In this document: positions 37,131 to 47,917 of the stretch, piece after piece
Position numbering within the stretch: the stretch's first letter is position 1
How the letters are laid out: each line of letters opens with the position of its first letter
Assembly (NCBI GenBank): GCA_963761305.1
Contig: CAVXGK010000002.1
Span: 64,001-128,000 of the forward strand
Source of the DNA: an uncultured Gemmatimonadaceae bacterium
GTDB taxonomy: Bacteria > Gemmatimonadota > Gemmatimonadetes > Gemmatimonadales > Gemmatimonadaceae
Direction: 5' to 3'
DNA length: 64,000 bases
Notes under the pieces: model-generated
Told to the model about the DNA's origin: nothing
The model's database searches: none
What the model saw: only the letters and a program-made list of their open reading frames with translations
Translations under genes and position numbers: made by a program

Positions 37131-38273
37131 ATGAACATTTTTCAGAGCCACCGTGCGCTTGCCGCCGCCACGCTGCTGTCCGCCGCCACGCTCGCGCCGT
37201 GCAGGGACGCGGTCGTCACCGCGCCCGCCGCGATGCCGCCGATCAAACACGTGTTCGTCATCATGCTGGAGAACGAGGGGTTCGACACGACGTTCGCCCC
37301 GACGACGCGCGCGACCTACCTCGCCGACACGCTCGTCAAGCAGGGCGCGCTGCTGCGCCAGTACTACGGGATCGGGCACTTCAGCCTCGACAACTACATC
37401 GCGATGATCAGCGGCATGCCGGCGACCGCGATGACGCAGATCGACTGCCCGCAATTCGTCGACTTCGTGCAAACGGGCACGAGCGCCGACGGCCAGCCCG
37501 TCGGGACCGGCTGTGTGTATCCGGCCGCCGTGAAGACGATCGCCAATCAGCTCGACGCGCGCGCGTACACCTGGCGGGGCTACATGGAGGACATGGGCGC
37601 AAACGCCACGCGCGAGGCGGCGACGTGCGGACATCCGACGATCGGCCGTCCGGACTCGACCGAGTGGGCGACGCCGAACGACCAGTACGCGACGAAGCAC
37701 AACCCGTTCATGTACTTCCACGCGGTCATCGATTCGCCGTCGTGCAAGCGGCGCGTCGTGCCGCTCCCTGTGTTGTTCGACGATCTGAAATCGGCCTCGA
37801 CCACGCCGAACTTCTCGTACATCACGCCCAACTTGTGTCACGACGGCCACGACCACCCATGCGTCAACGGCGAGCCGGGCGGCCTCGAGTCGGCCAACCT
37901 GTTTCTCAAGCACTGGGTGCCGATCATCATGAACTCGCCGGCCTTCCGCGATGACGGATTGCTCATCATCACGTTCGACGAGGCGCTGTCGCTCGACCGG
38001 ACGTGGTGCTGCGGCCAGGTGGCCGGGCCGAACGCCCGCGTCGCGAACGACGGACAGTTCGGCGGCGGACGCATCGGCGCCGTGCTGCTGTCGCGGTTCA
38101 TCGCGCCGGGCACGGTGTCGGACGTGCCCTACAACCACTATTCGCTGCTCAGAAGCGTCGAGGACATCTTCGGCCTCGGCCACCTCGGCTACGCGAAGTC
38201 CGATGGACTCACGTCACTCGGTGATGACGTCTTCGGTTCGGTCGCGCCGAGTCCCTCAAAGTCGCCGCGATAG
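37131..38273 (+). CDS. Secreted phosphoesterase (acid phosphatase/phospholipase C family)
   Basis: HVFVIMLENE, HFSLDNYIAM, KHNPF, HDGHD, ITFDE, YNHYSLLR motifs. Confidence 0.88.
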   Translation: MNIFQSHRALAAATLLSAATLAPCRDAVVTAPAAMPPIKHVFVIMLENEGFDTTFAPTTRATYLADTLVKQGALLRQYYGIGHFSLDNYIAMISGMPATAMTQIDCPQFVDFVQTGTSADGQPVGTGCVYPAAVKTIANQLDARAYTWRGYMEDMGANATREAATCGHPTIGRPDSTEWATPNDQYATKHNPFMYFHAVIDSPSCKRRVVPLPVLFDDLKSASTTPNFSYITPNLCHDGHDHPCVNGEPGGLESANLFLKHWVPIIMNSPAFRDDGLLIITFDEALSLDRTWCCGQVAGPNARVANDGQFGGGRIGAVLLSRFIAPGTVSDVPYNHYSLLRSVEDIFGLGHLGYAKSDGLTSLGDDVFGSVAPSPSKSPR

Positions 38274-38411
38274 AAGGCGTGAAACGCCCACCTCGGGCAT
38301 ATAACGAAAAGAAGTCACGCCGCGGCGCCCGGTCGTCCCTCGATGTTTGCGCTGCCAGACCGACCCGTCGAGATTGCGCGCGCTTTGACTCGACCCCGCG
38401 ACGACCATTCA

Positions 38412-40214
38412 ATGACGACTCTCTTCTTCCGCGCCCGCACCGCGGGCCGCGTCATGTTGTGCACCATCCTCGCGCCGAGTGCGATCCTTGGCGCGCAGCA
38501 AGGTGCGGCTCTCGATACCGTCACCGTCGTGGCCTCGAGGACGCACATGCCGGGAGCGGCGCGCGCCGTCGACGTCATCACGCGCGAACAGATCGCCGCG
38601 TCGTCGGCACACAACCTCGACGACGTCCTCTCGACCGTCATGGGCGTTGACATCTACAGCCGATCCGCCGCGCAGGCCGACGTGTCGATCCGCGGCAGTT
38701 CGCCGGAGCAGGTGGCCGTGCTCGTGGACGGCGTACGCATGACCGACGTGCAGTCGGCCCACTACACGCTCGACGTCGCCGTGCCGCTCGAATCGATCGA
38801 ACGAATCGAGATCCTGCGCGGCGTCGGATCGGCACTGTACGGACCGGACGCCGTCGGCGGCGTGATCAACATCGTTACACGACGACAGCAAACCGGCGAG
38901 GCGCGCGTGCGGTCGGGAAGTTTCGGAAGCGTCGGCGGTGGCTTGGCGGACGGACTGTCGCGCGACGCGTTCTCGCTGGCCGGCGCCGCGGACTTCGACA
39001 AATCCGACGGCCACCGCGACGGCACGGACTATCGCATCGGACAAGGCCGCCTATCGCTCACGACACCGACGCCGGGCGGACTCGTTCGCACGAACGTGGC
39101 GTTGGGCGTGCGCGACTTCGGCGCCAGCGACTTCTATGCACCGTACAACTCCATCGAGCGCACGACGACGACAACGCTCGATTCGCGCTGGGACGAGAGC
39201 GTCGGCGACTGGAATGTCGCGCTCTCCGGATCGACGCGCCGCCACCAGGACCACTATGTGCTGATCCGCGGCGACCCGTCGTTCTACGAGAACCGGCATG
39301 AGAGTTGGCAGACGATAGGGGACTTGGTTGCGACGCGCGCGGCCGGACCGGTCGCGCTCGCGTTCGGCACCGAGGGTGTGCACGATCAACTATCGAGCGC
39401 GCGGCTCGGCGCGCACCGCGACTGGCGCGCCGCGTTGTTCGGCGAAGCCACGATGGGCAATTCGTCGGCTCCGATGGCGGACCTCGGGCTTCGCGGTGAC
39501 CACTCGTCGGTCTACGGCGACTTCTTCTCGCCGTCGCTCAGCGTGAGCGCACCGATCGCGACGTGGCTCTCCGCGCACGGGAGCGGCGGCGCCGGCTTCC
39601 GCGCGCCGACGTGGACGGAGCGCTTCTACACGGATCCGGCGAACCAGGGCGATCCCGATCTTCAGCCGGAGCGCTTCTGGACCGGCGATCTCGGCGCGCG
39701 CGCCGCGGCGGGCGCGTGGTCATTCGACGTGACCGGGTTTGCGCGTCGGGCGACGAATCTCATCGACTGGGTGAAGCCGGCCGGCGCGCCGGCGACGGCG
39801 CTCTGGCAGACGATGAACGTCGGCACAGCCACGTACCGGGGGATCGAGTCGTCGCTCGACCTTCCGGCCCTCGACGGCGTGCGTGGGTCGCTCTTCGCCG
39901 ACGGACTGACGCTCACGTCGTCGCAAGGCGCGTCGCTCGTCGGGAAGTACGCGCTGCGTCCGATCACGCGACAAACGGGCGTGCGCGTCGCGACGCCGAG
40001 CGCGCACGGGATCACCGCGCGCTTGGACCTGGAGTTGGCGCGCCGAGCGATGGAGCAGGGCTACGCCACGGGCAACGCGCGACTCGCGTGGAATCGAAGA
40101 GCATACCGGCTCACGCTCGACGTGCTGAATCTCACCAACGCTGCGTGGCTCGATGCGTCGGGCCTGCCGGTCGCGCGACGCGGCGTGTACGCAGGAATCG
40201 AATGGCGCGGCTAG
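38412..40214 (+). CDS. TonB-dependent receptor
   Basis: TonB box DTVTVVAS, plug motifs VSIRG and IERIEILRG...SALYG..AVGGVINI, FRAPT; barrel C-terminus. Confidence 0.9.
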   Translation: MTTLFFRARTAGRVMLCTILAPSAILGAQQGAALDTVTVVASRTHMPGAARAVDVITREQIAASSAHNLDDVLSTVMGVDIYSRSAAQADVSIRGSSPEQVAVLVDGVRMTDVQSAHYTLDVAVPLESIERIEILRGVGSALYGPDAVGGVINIVTRRQQTGEARVRSGSFGSVGGGLADGLSRDAFSLAGAADFDKSDGHRDGTDYRIGQGRLSLTTPTPGGLVRTNVALGVRDFGASDFYAPYNSIERTTTTTLDSRWDESVGDWNVALSGSTRRHQDHYVLIRGDPSFYENRHESWQTIGDLVATRAAGPVALAFGTEGVHDQLSSARLGAHRDWRAALFGEATMGNSSAPMADLGLRGDHSSVYGDFFSPSLSVSAPIATWLSAHGSGGAGFRAPTWTERFYTDPANQGDPDLQPERFWTGDLGARAAAGAWSFDVTGFARRATNLIDWVKPAGAPATALWQTMNVGTATYRGIESSLDLPALDGVRGSLFADGLTLTSSQGASLVGKYALRPITRQTGVRVATPSAHGITARLDLELARRAMEQGYATGNARLAWNRRAYRLTLDVLNLTNAAWLDASGLPVARRGVYAGIEWRG

Positions 40215-40386
40215 CGCAGGAGTACGGTACCGGGCAGCGGCCGATGTAGACCCTGAGCTTGCCACGCTCTCAGCGACGAATGAGGACGCGAAGTTCGTCC
40301 TGCCGGACATCGGCGTCACGATCGTTGCTCTATGGTCCAAGGTCCACGAGAGCGCCACGACGTCCGCCGCGTATTCCTTTCGAGCT

Positions 40387-41943
40387 ATGAGTTGGCCCGC
40401 CGCCGTCGTTCTGCTGCTGCTGGTGGCGACGATCGTGTCATTCGTCGCGGAGCGATTGCGAGTCCCGTACACCGTCGCGCTGGTCGTGGCGGGGTTGGGG
40501 CTCGGCGCAACGCACCTATTCGTCGCACCGACGCTGACGCGCGAGGTCATGTTCGGCGTGGTGCTGCCCGCGCTGGTCTTCGAGGCCGCGTTCGATCTGG
40601 AAATCGAGGAAGTGCGCCACGACAGCATCACGCTCGCGGCGCTTGCCGTGCCCGGCGTCGTCGCGGCGATCGTGCTCACCGCATTCGCACTGGGGCCGAC
40701 CCTCCAGGCGTTCGGCATTCCGCCGGATCTGATTCCCGATGGCGCGGGCGCGGTGGTGTTCGCCGCGCTCATTTCGGCCACCGATCCCGTCGCGGTCGTG
40801 GCGCTCTTCCGCACGCTCGAGGCGCCGCGGCGTCTTCAGGTGATCGTCCAGGGCGAGAGCCTGTTGAACGATGGCACGGCGATCATCTTCTTCACCTTGG
40901 CGCTCGCGCACGCCGGCACACACCCGTCGGCCGGCATCATCGTGCAATTCGTCTACATCATGACGACCAGCGTCATCGTTGGCGGCGCCATCGGCGGCGC
41001 GGCGGCCGTGGCGATTCGCACGCTGTCGGAGTCGCGCATCGAGGTGTTGCTCACCACGCTCGCCGCTTACGGCTCTTTTTTCGCGGCGCAGACGGTCGGT
41101 GCCTCCGGTGTCGTGGCGACGGTTACGGCGGGCCTGTTGTGCGGCGGGCGCGGCGGGCGCGGCGGCATGTCGGCCGCGGCCCGCATCAGCGCGGCGACGT
41201 TCTGGGACTACGTCGCGTTCGTGCTCAACTCGTTCGTGTTCCTGTCGATCGGATTGATGATCAAGCTTCCCGCGCTGCTCGCCAGCTGGCGCTTGATCGT
41301 CATCGCGTTCTTGATCGTAACGGTGGCGCGCGTGCTCATGGCGTGGGCGATCGCCGGGCTCCTTCCCAAGCGCCTCGAGCTTCCGCGGCGCTGGACCGCC
41401 ATCCTTTCGTGGGGAGGCCTGCGCGGGGCGTTGTCGATGGTGCTCGCGCTCAGCATTCCCGAGACGTTTCCTCAGCGCGATTTGCTGATCGCCATGACCT
41501 TCGGCGTGGTGGTGCTCTCGATTCTCATCCAGGGCATCACCGTCGGGCCCACGCTGCGATGGCTGGGACTGCAGCGGGACCGCGGCGAACACTCGGGATA
41601 CCTCGGCACGCAACTCGCCTTGCTCAGCGCGCATTCGTCGCTCGAAGACGTGGAGCGAACCGGCGCCATGGTGTCGGCGCACGAAGACATCCATCGGTCA
41701 CTCGCCGAGGAGTACGACGACCGCCTCGATCGCGCCGAGCACGCGCTGATCTGGTTGGTCACCCAGCTCGGTGGCGGCGACGCGTCGGCCCGGGCCGCAC
41801 GACATCTCATCGAGACCACCGAGCGCGAACGGATCAGCGAAGCGTTCAAGGCCGGAGCGATCGACGAGACGCAGCGCGCGCGGTGGCTGGCCGAGTTGCA
41901 GGTCCGCTGGTCGGACGACGGCGACGGCACAGGCGGCCGTTGA
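40387..41943 (+). CDS. CPA1-family Na+(K+)/H+ antiporter (copy A)
   Basis: SATDPVAV, GESLLNDG, WGGLRGALS motifs. Confidence 0.9.
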   Translation: MSWPAAVVLLLLVATIVSFVAERLRVPYTVALVVAGLGLGATHLFVAPTLTREVMFGVVLPALVFEAAFDLEIEEVRHDSITLAALAVPGVVAAIVLTAFALGPTLQAFGIPPDLIPDGAGAVVFAALISATDPVAVVALFRTLEAPRRLQVIVQGESLLNDGTAIIFFTLALAHAGTHPSAGIIVQFVYIMTTSVIVGGAIGGAAAVAIRTLSESRIEVLLTTLAAYGSFFAAQTVGASGVVATVTAGLLCGGRGGRGGMSAAARISAATFWDYVAFVLNSFVFLSIGLMIKLPALLASWRLIVIAFLIVTVARVLMAWAIAGLLPKRLELPRRWTAILSWGGLRGALSMVLALSIPETFPQRDLLIAMTFGVVVLSILIQGITVGPTLRWLGLQRDRGEHSGYLGTQLALLSAHSSLEDVERTGAMVSAHEDIHRSLAEEYDDRLDRAEHALIWLVTQLGGGDASARAARHLIETTERERISEAFKAGAIDETQRARWLAELQVRWSDDGDGTGGR

Positions 41944-41951
41944 GCGATCGC

Positions 41952-43913
41952 TTACAGCTCGATCCTCGTGCCCAACTCGACGACGCGGCTCGGAGGAATC
42001 CCGAAGTACAACGAGGCGCTGCGCTCGTTGCGCTTGAGCCAGCGAAAGAGCATCACGCGCCAGCGGAACAGGCGGCCTCGATCGCTCGTCGAGGGCGGAG
42101 GCGGGACGACGGTCAACCGTCCGAGGTAATAGGTCGTTCGCGGCGGGTCGTCGGGAATGAATGGGGCGCCGTTCGCGCTGGACATCCGGGCGGCGCGCTT
42201 GATGATGCGCGGGACGTCGGGCTCCTCCATGAACCCGTAGTGCGCGACGACCGTGTTGAACCCGAGGCGCAGCTCGGCCAGGTCCATGCGGTCGGCATCG
42301 CGCACGCGAGGCACTTCCTCGGTGGAGACCTTGAGCAGCACCACCGTTTCGTGCAGCACCTGATTGTGTTTCAGATGATGCATCAGCACGAGCGGCACGA
42401 TGTCGACGTCGGGGGCGAGAAACACGGCCACGCCGTGCACGCGCTGCGGCGGGTCGCGCGACAGGCTCGTGAGAAAGTCCTCAATCGGCATACCGCGGTC
42501 GCGCGTGGCGCGGACCAGACGCCGTTGGCCGACGTACCACGTCCACATCGTCGCGAACGTGAGCGCGCCGACGACGACCGGCAGCCATCCCCCGTCGAGG
42601 AACTTGAACGCGTTCGCGACGACGAACGAGACGTCGGCGATGAGAAAGCCGCCCGCCACCAGCACGACGCGCCACCGCGGCCATTGCAATCGGGTTCGCG
42701 CGACGATCCCGAAAAGCACCGTGGTGATCGCCATCGTCGTCGACACGGCGAGTCCGAAGGCGGCGGCGAGGCGGTCCGACGACCTGAATATGAGTACGAT
42801 GGCGATCGTCATGCCCAGCAGGAGCCAATTGAGACCCGGCAGGTAGATCTGCCCGATCACCGATCCGGACGTGTGCACGACGTTCATGCGCGGTGCGTAG
42901 CCGAGTTGGGCCGCCTGACGCGTCAACGAGAACACCGCGGCGATGAGCGCCTGCGACGCGATGATCGTCGCCGCGGTTGCCAGCGCCACCATTGGATACA
43001 GGCCCCAGGCGGGGACCATCGAGTAGAAGGGGCGGCTGGCCGCGGACGGGTCTCGCAGCAGAAGGGCCGCTTGTCCGAGATAGCTGAGCGTCAATGCCGG
43101 CAGTGCCAATCCGTACCAGGCGATGCGAATCGGCTGCGCGCCAAAGTGGCCCATGTCGGCATACAGCGCTTCGCCGCCGGTGAGACACAACACGACGGCC
43201 CCGAGAGCCAGAAAGCCTCGTGGCCCCGCGTGTGAGAAGAATCGCACGCCGTTCCATGGGTTGATCGCCGCCAGCGCGGCGGGATTCTGGGCGAGCGAGT
43301 GGACGCCCAGAATCGCGATCACGACGAACCACAGCGCGAGAATCGGCCCGAACACTTTGCCCACGCGTCCGGTCCCTCGCCGCTGCAACGAGAACAATCC
43401 GATGAGGATCGCGATGGTGAGCGGGACGACGTACCGCTGGAACGCCGGCGTCGCGATCTGCATGCCTTCGACGGCGCTGAGCACCGAGATGGCCGGCGTG
43501 ATCACACCGTCGCCGTAGAGCATCGCCGTTCCGAACAACGCGACGCCGATCGCGATCGTCGCTCGGTGGACGCGTCGCTGGGGTTCGCCAAGGAACAGGG
43601 CGAGCAGCGCGAGAATGCCGCCCTCGCCCCGGTTTCCCGCGCGCATGAGCACGGCGACGTATTTGAGGCTCACCATCAACACGAGCGCCCAGAGAAACAG
43701 CGACGCAACGCCGAGCACGTTTTCCGGCGTCGCCGCGACGCCGCGCTCGCCGTGAAACGCCTCCTGCATCGCGTACAACGGGCTCGTGCCGAGATCGCCG
43801 AAGACGATCCCCAACGCGCTCAATGCCACGCCGGCGAGGGCAGCCCGTGGAACGGACCGCTCTCGGGCGCGCGAGTCGGGAAGCGTGCTCGTTACAGCGA
43901 CCGACTGTGCCAC
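41952..43913 (-). CDS. kup: KUP/HAK/KT potassium uptake permease (copy A)
   Basis: GDLGTSPLY, GEGG, ITPAISVLSAVEG, GGEALYADMGHFG. Confidence 0.95.
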   Translation of the reverse strand: MAQSVAVTSTLPDSRARERSVPRAALAGVALSALGIVFGDLGTSPLYAMQEAFHGERGVAATPENVLGVASLFLWALVLMVSLKYVAVLMRAGNRGEGGILALLALFLGEPQRRVHRATIAIGVALFGTAMLYGDGVITPAISVLSAVEGMQIATPAFQRYVVPLTIAILIGLFSLQRRGTGRVGKVFGPILALWFVVIAILGVHSLAQNPAALAAINPWNGVRFFSHAGPRGFLALGAVVLCLTGGEALYADMGHFGAQPIRIAWYGLALPALTLSYLGQAALLLRDPSAASRPFYSMVPAWGLYPMVALATAATIIASQALIAAVFSLTRQAAQLGYAPRMNVVHTSGSVIGQIYLPGLNWLLLGMTIAIVLIFRSSDRLAAAFGLAVSTTMAITTVLFGIVARTRLQWPRWRVVLVAGGFLIADVSFVVANAFKFLDGGWLPVVVGALTFATMWTWYVGQRRLVRATRDRGMPIEDFLTSLSRDPPQRVHGVAVFLAPDVDIVPLVLMHHLKHNQVLHETVVLLKVSTEEVPRVRDADRMDLAELRLGFNTVVAHYGFMEEPDVPRIIKRAARMSSANGAPFIPDDPPRTTYYLGRLTVVPPPPSTSDRGRLFRWRVMLFRWLKRNERSASLYFGIPPSRVVELGTRIEL

Positions 43914-44001
43914 GTTGCCTCGCGAAATCGTCGCGCGATGTCCCTACATCTTCACGAGCCACGCCAGATTGATGCGCGCGCGGGCGATACGGCCGCGCTC
44001 C

Positions 44002-45018
44002 CTACCCACCGACGTGCAGCACGATGCCGGAATTGTCGATCGCCGCCTCGCCGCCCAGTGCGCCGATCAGGCGTGACGCAAGGATGATCGCCGCCGCCGC
44101 CGCCGCCGCATCGGTGCTCGATGGCGACGCGTCGCCCGACTGCTGGGTGCGAGCAACCGTCGGCGTAATCCGGATGATCGCGCGCACGCCGTCGCGCATC
44201 GTGGAAATCTTGAGCGGCACATCGGGCCCGGTGCGCTCAGCCGCCTCGACGGCGAACAGCGTCAGCGCTTCGGCGAGCCGCGTTCGGTCGGCGAGGACGC
44301 GCGGGAGGCCCGGCTCCAGCTCGGTTTCGGTCCGCGCGCCTTTTCGTTCGGCGGCGGCGCGCGCCAGTGGAAGAACGGAGCGGACGACGTCGTTCACCTG
44401 CACCAGCTCCCGTTGAACCGCCAACGCGTCGCGGTCGATGTCGGCGACCTGACCGAGGCGTCGTAGCGCGACATCGATGGCGTCGGACGCGGCTCGCGCG
44501 TCGCGGAGGAGCTCCTCCTGATTTTCATTCAGCTCGCCGAACGGACTCTCGAGCAAGATCTGGAGCGGCAGCCGAACGTCGTTGAGCTGACTGATTGCGT
44601 CGCTCACGACGCCGGCCAACATCGTCGCCTGCTGCTCGAGGCGTGCCGAGGCCTGTGCGTTCGTGCGCGCTCGCTCGGCCTCCGATGCTGAGAGGGCCGA
44701 ACCAAGGGTCCCGACGGCTCGCTCGATGCGATCGAGCTCGTTCGTCGGTCCGTGAACGCCGGACGCGTCTTCCGTCGAACGGGCGATTCGTGCCAAGCGA
44801 TCGGCGAAGTACCTGGAATTGATCCACGCGACGACCACCGAGACGAGCGTCAGTATAGTCGCGACCAGCAGAATCAGTTCGGGTGCAGCTCGGCCGGCCT
44901 GGCCGTAGTAGAACAGGCCAATCACGAGCCCCACGGCGAGTACCGAGGGGAGCACTCCGGCCGCCAGACGCCACGCGACCGATCGCGACACGGTGGGGCT
45001 GATCAACGTTACCGTCAT
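44002..45018 (-). CDS. Membrane-bound degenerate histidine-kinase-like protein
   Basis: Two TMs, coiled coil, HisKA-like ILLESPFGELNENQEELL without an H-box His, HATPase-like remnant LPRVLADRTRLAEAL without N/G boxes. Confidence 0.65.
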   Translation of the reverse strand: MTVTLISPTVSRSVAWRLAAGVLPSVLAVGLVIGLFYYGQAGRAAPELILLVATILTLVSVVVAWINSRYFADRLARIARSTEDASGVHGPTNELDRIERAVGTLGSALSASEAERARTNAQASARLEQQATMLAGVVSDAISQLNDVRLPLQILLESPFGELNENQEELLRDARAASDAIDVALRRLGQVADIDRDALAVQRELVQVNDVVRSVLPLARAAAERKGARTETELEPGLPRVLADRTRLAEALTLFAVEAAERTGPDVPLKISTMRDGVRAIIRITPTVARTQQSGDASPSSTDAAAAAAAIILASRLIGALGGEAAIDNSGIVLHVGG

Positions 45019-46211
45019 TCGTCCGCTCCCACCTCGAGTCGGCGCTCGCGAGGGCTGCGCAGCTCGCCGTCGTCGGCGGCGGAAACGACGAGCACGTCGA
45101 GTCCCGTGTGTGGCGCCATCAATCGCTCGACGATCGAGCCGCGCCGAAGGCGGTACCAACGCGACCGACTCGTTTGGCCGACGATTGCCATCGTCACGCC
45201 GCGCTCGGCGGCGAATCGCACGAGTGTCGCGGCAACGTCGTGGCCGTCGAGCTTCACGACTTCGGCGCCGAGCGATTGCGCGAGTTGAATGTTGTCGACG
45301 AGGTGTCGTTGAAGCGTGCTATCGATGCGATCGGGGCGCTCGCCGGGCGTCTGCACGTAGACGCAGAACCAATCCGAGTTGAGCCGGCCTGCGATGCGAC
45401 TCGCTTTTCGCAGCAGAATGCGCGAGAGCGGGGGATCGCTCGAGAGGCACGCCATCACGCGGTCGACCGTTCGGCGGCCCGGGCCGACGCCGCCGCTCTC
45501 CTGTCGGCGCACGATCTCCTCGCGAGAACGATCCACCGAGCTCGCCGTCTCGCGCAGCGCGAGCTCGCGCAGCGTCGTGAGATTTTCGTCGGTGAAGAAG
45601 TTCGCCAGCGCCGTCTCGATCTTGTCGGCGTTATAGATCTTGCCCTCGCGCAGCCGCTGGCGAAGGTCTTCGGCCGAGATGTCGAGATTGACCACTTGAT
45701 CGGCCTGACCGACGACCCAGTCGGGAACGGTCTCTCGGATCGTGACGCCCAGCTCCCGCTCGAGGACGTCGTTGAGCGACTCGATGTGCTGCACGTTCAC
45801 GGCCGTGATGACGTTGATGCCCTCGTCGAGCAGGAGGAGCACGTCCTGCCATCGTTTGCCGTTGCGCGCGCCGGGCACGTTGGTGTGCGCGAGCTCGTCG
45901 ACGATGGCCACCTGCGGACGTCGCGCGATCACGGCGTCGACGTCCATCTCCTCGAGCGTGACGCCTCGATACTCGATCTTGCGGCGAGGCACGACCTCCA
46001 GGTCGCCGATCTGCGCCACCGTCTCGACACGGCCGTGCGGCTCGACGAAGCCGACGACCACGTCGATGCCGCGCCGTCGCAGGTCATTGGCCTCTTGCAG
46101 CATCCGGTACGTCTTGCCGGTGCCGGCGGCGGAGCCGATGTAGACCTTGAGCCTTCCTCGTTCGCGCTGTCGGACGAGCGCGAGGAAGTCGCTGGTGCCA
46201 GTCATCGCCAT
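45015..46211 (-). CDS. kdpD: Stand-alone KdpD N-terminal sensor domain plus USP domain
   Basis: RGRLKVYIGSAAGTGKTYRML, VDELAHTN, KRWQDV, NVQHIESLND, NLTTLRELALR; USP C-terminus; no TM or kinase domain. Confidence 0.9.
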   Translation of the reverse strand: MAMTGTSDFLALVRQRERGRLKVYIGSAAGTGKTYRMLQEANDLRRRGIDVVVGFVEPHGRVETVAQIGDLEVVPRRKIEYRGVTLEEMDVDAVIARRPQVAIVDELAHTNVPGARNGKRWQDVLLLLDEGINVITAVNVQHIESLNDVLERELGVTIRETVPDWVVGQADQVVNLDISAEDLRQRLREGKIYNADKIETALANFFTDENLTTLRELALRETASSVDRSREEIVRRQESGGVGPGRRTVDRVMACLSSDPPLSRILLRKASRIAGRLNSDWFCVYVQTPGERPDRIDSTLQRHLVDNIQLAQSLGAEVVKLDGHDVAATLVRFAAERGVTMAIVGQTSRSRWYRLRRGSIVERLMAPHTGLDVLVVSAADDGELRSPRERRLEVGADE

Positions 46212-46339
46212 CACGATCGTCGCCCGGTGCGCGAAAGTCCATGGGACGTGCAAGCCGAAGGAGATCGGCGCCGCAGTGGTGGGCACGGTATCATTCTCCG
46301 TCGCCGCGCCGGCCCTCCCCGGCCGCCCACCTTCCGCGC

Positions 46340-47917
46340 ATGAACCGACCGGGCACCTTCGTTGTGCTGTCGCTGATCGCCGCGATCGTTTCGCTCGTCG
46401 CGCGGCGGTTGCGCGTGCCCTACACGGTCGCGCTGGTGGTCGCCGGACTGGCGGTCGGCTCCGCCCACTTGCTCACCGTACCGACCCTCACGCGCGACGT
46501 GATGTTTGGTTTGGTGCTCCCGGCGTTGCTCTTCGAGGCGGCGTTCGATCTGGACATCGAGGAGGTGCGTCGAGACGGGGTGACGCTGGCAGCACTGGCG
46601 GTACCCGGTGTCGTCGTCGCGATCGTCGCCACGGCGCTGGCGCTCTCGCCGCTGCTCTCCGCGTTCGGCGTTCCCGATGCGGCGACGCCGACGCGAAGCG
46701 CCGCGATCGTCTTTGCGGCGTTGATGTCGGCGACCGACCCCGTCGCTGTCGTCGCGCTGTTCCGAGCCCTGGCTGCGCCGCGCCGTCTTCAAGTAATCAT
46801 CGAAGGCGAGAGTCTGTTCAACGACGGCACCGCGATCATCTTCTTCACGCTCGCCGTCGCAAGCGCCGGCGCGGGCTTCTCGGCGTCCATCGTCGCCGAC
46901 TTCTTCTATATAGTCGGTGCGGCCATACTCGTCGGCGGTGCAGTCGGCGCGGTGTCGGCGGCAATGATTCGCCGGCTCAATGAGCCGACGCTCGAGGTGC
47001 TGCTCACCACGATCGCCGCCTATGGGTCGTTCGCCGCCGCGGAGGCCGTCGGCGCGTCGGGTGTCATCGCGACGGTGACGGCGGGTCTGATGAGCGGAAG
47101 TCGCGCCGGCCGCGGTGCGATGTCCGCCGCGGCGCGCATCGCGACCGCAACGTTCTGGGAGTACCTCGCCTTCGCGTTCAACTCGCTCGTCTTTCTCTCG
47201 ATCGGCTTCATGGTGAAGATCCCGACGCTGATCGCGAACTGGCGGGCGATCTTGGGCGCGTACCTCGTCGTATCGGTCGCGCGCGTGTTGGCGACGACCG
47301 GAATCGCCGCGCTGCTGCCCGCGCATCTGCGCCTTCCGCGACGCTGGACGGCGATTCTCTCGTGGGGCGGCTTGCGCGGGGCCCTGTCGATGGTGCTCGC
47401 GCTCAGCATCCCCGAGACCTTCCCGCAGCGCGACCTGCTCGTCACGATGACGTTCGGCGTCGTGGTCCTCTCGATTCTGATCCAGGGAATCACCGTCGGT
47501 CCCGCGTTGCGATGGCTCGGTCTCACTCGACCGGACTCCGCGCACTTCGCGTACGTCGACACGCAGCGGGCGCTGCTCAGCGCCCACTCTTCGCTCGAGG
47601 ACGTCGAGAGAACGGGGAACGTGGTGGCGGTCGACGACAGCATGCATCGCGCGTTGTCGGTCGAGTACGACGAATCTCTGGACCGGGCCGAGCGTGAGCT
47701 CGCGGTCCTCGCTGCGCAACTCGGCAGGGGCGACGGTTCGACGCGCGCCATCCGCAGGCTGCTCGTGAACGCCGAGCGTGAACGAGTGACCGCGGCGTTT
47801 CTGTCGGGCGCCATCGACGCCGAGCAGCGCGACCGTCGTCTCGCCGAGCTCCAGGCTCATTGGTGGGACGACGGCGCCGGCATCGGGGGCGGGGGCGGGG
47901 GCGGGGAAGCGCACTAG
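46340..47917 (+). CDS. CPA1-family Na+(K+)/H+ antiporter (copy B)
   Basis: SATDPVAV, GESLFNDG, WGGLRGALS; collinear with copy A. Confidence 0.9.
   Translation: MNRPGTFVVLSLIAAIVSLVARRLRVPYTVALVVAGLAVGSAHLLTVPTLTRDVMFGLVLPALLFEAAFDLDIEEVRRDGVTLAALAVPGVVVAIVATALALSPLLSAFGVPDAATPTRSAAIVFAALMSATDPVAVVALFRALAAPRRLQVIIEGESLFNDGTAIIFFTLAVASAGAGFSASIVADFFYIVGAAILVGGAVGAVSAAMIRRLNEPTLEVLLTTIAAYGSFAAAEAVGASGVIATVTAGLMSGSRAGRGAMSAAARIATATFWEYLAFAFNSLVFLSIGFMVKIPTLIANWRAILGAYLVVSVARVLATTGIAALLPAHLRLPRRWTAILSWGGLRGALSMVLALSIPETFPQRDLLVTMTFGVVVLSILIQGITVGPALRWLGLTRPDSAHFAYVDTQRALLSAHSSLEDVERTGNVVAVDDSMHRALSVEYDESLDRAERELAVLAAQLGRGDGSTRAIRRLLVNAERERVTAAFLSGAIDAEQRDRRLAELQAHWWDDGAGIGGGGGGGEAH

Noticed and set aside
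38274..38411. Possible cobalamin riboswitch before the TonB receptor
   Set aside because: Region is short and lacks recognisable GGGAA...CCCGC and B12-box elements; only a chance GCCAGAC
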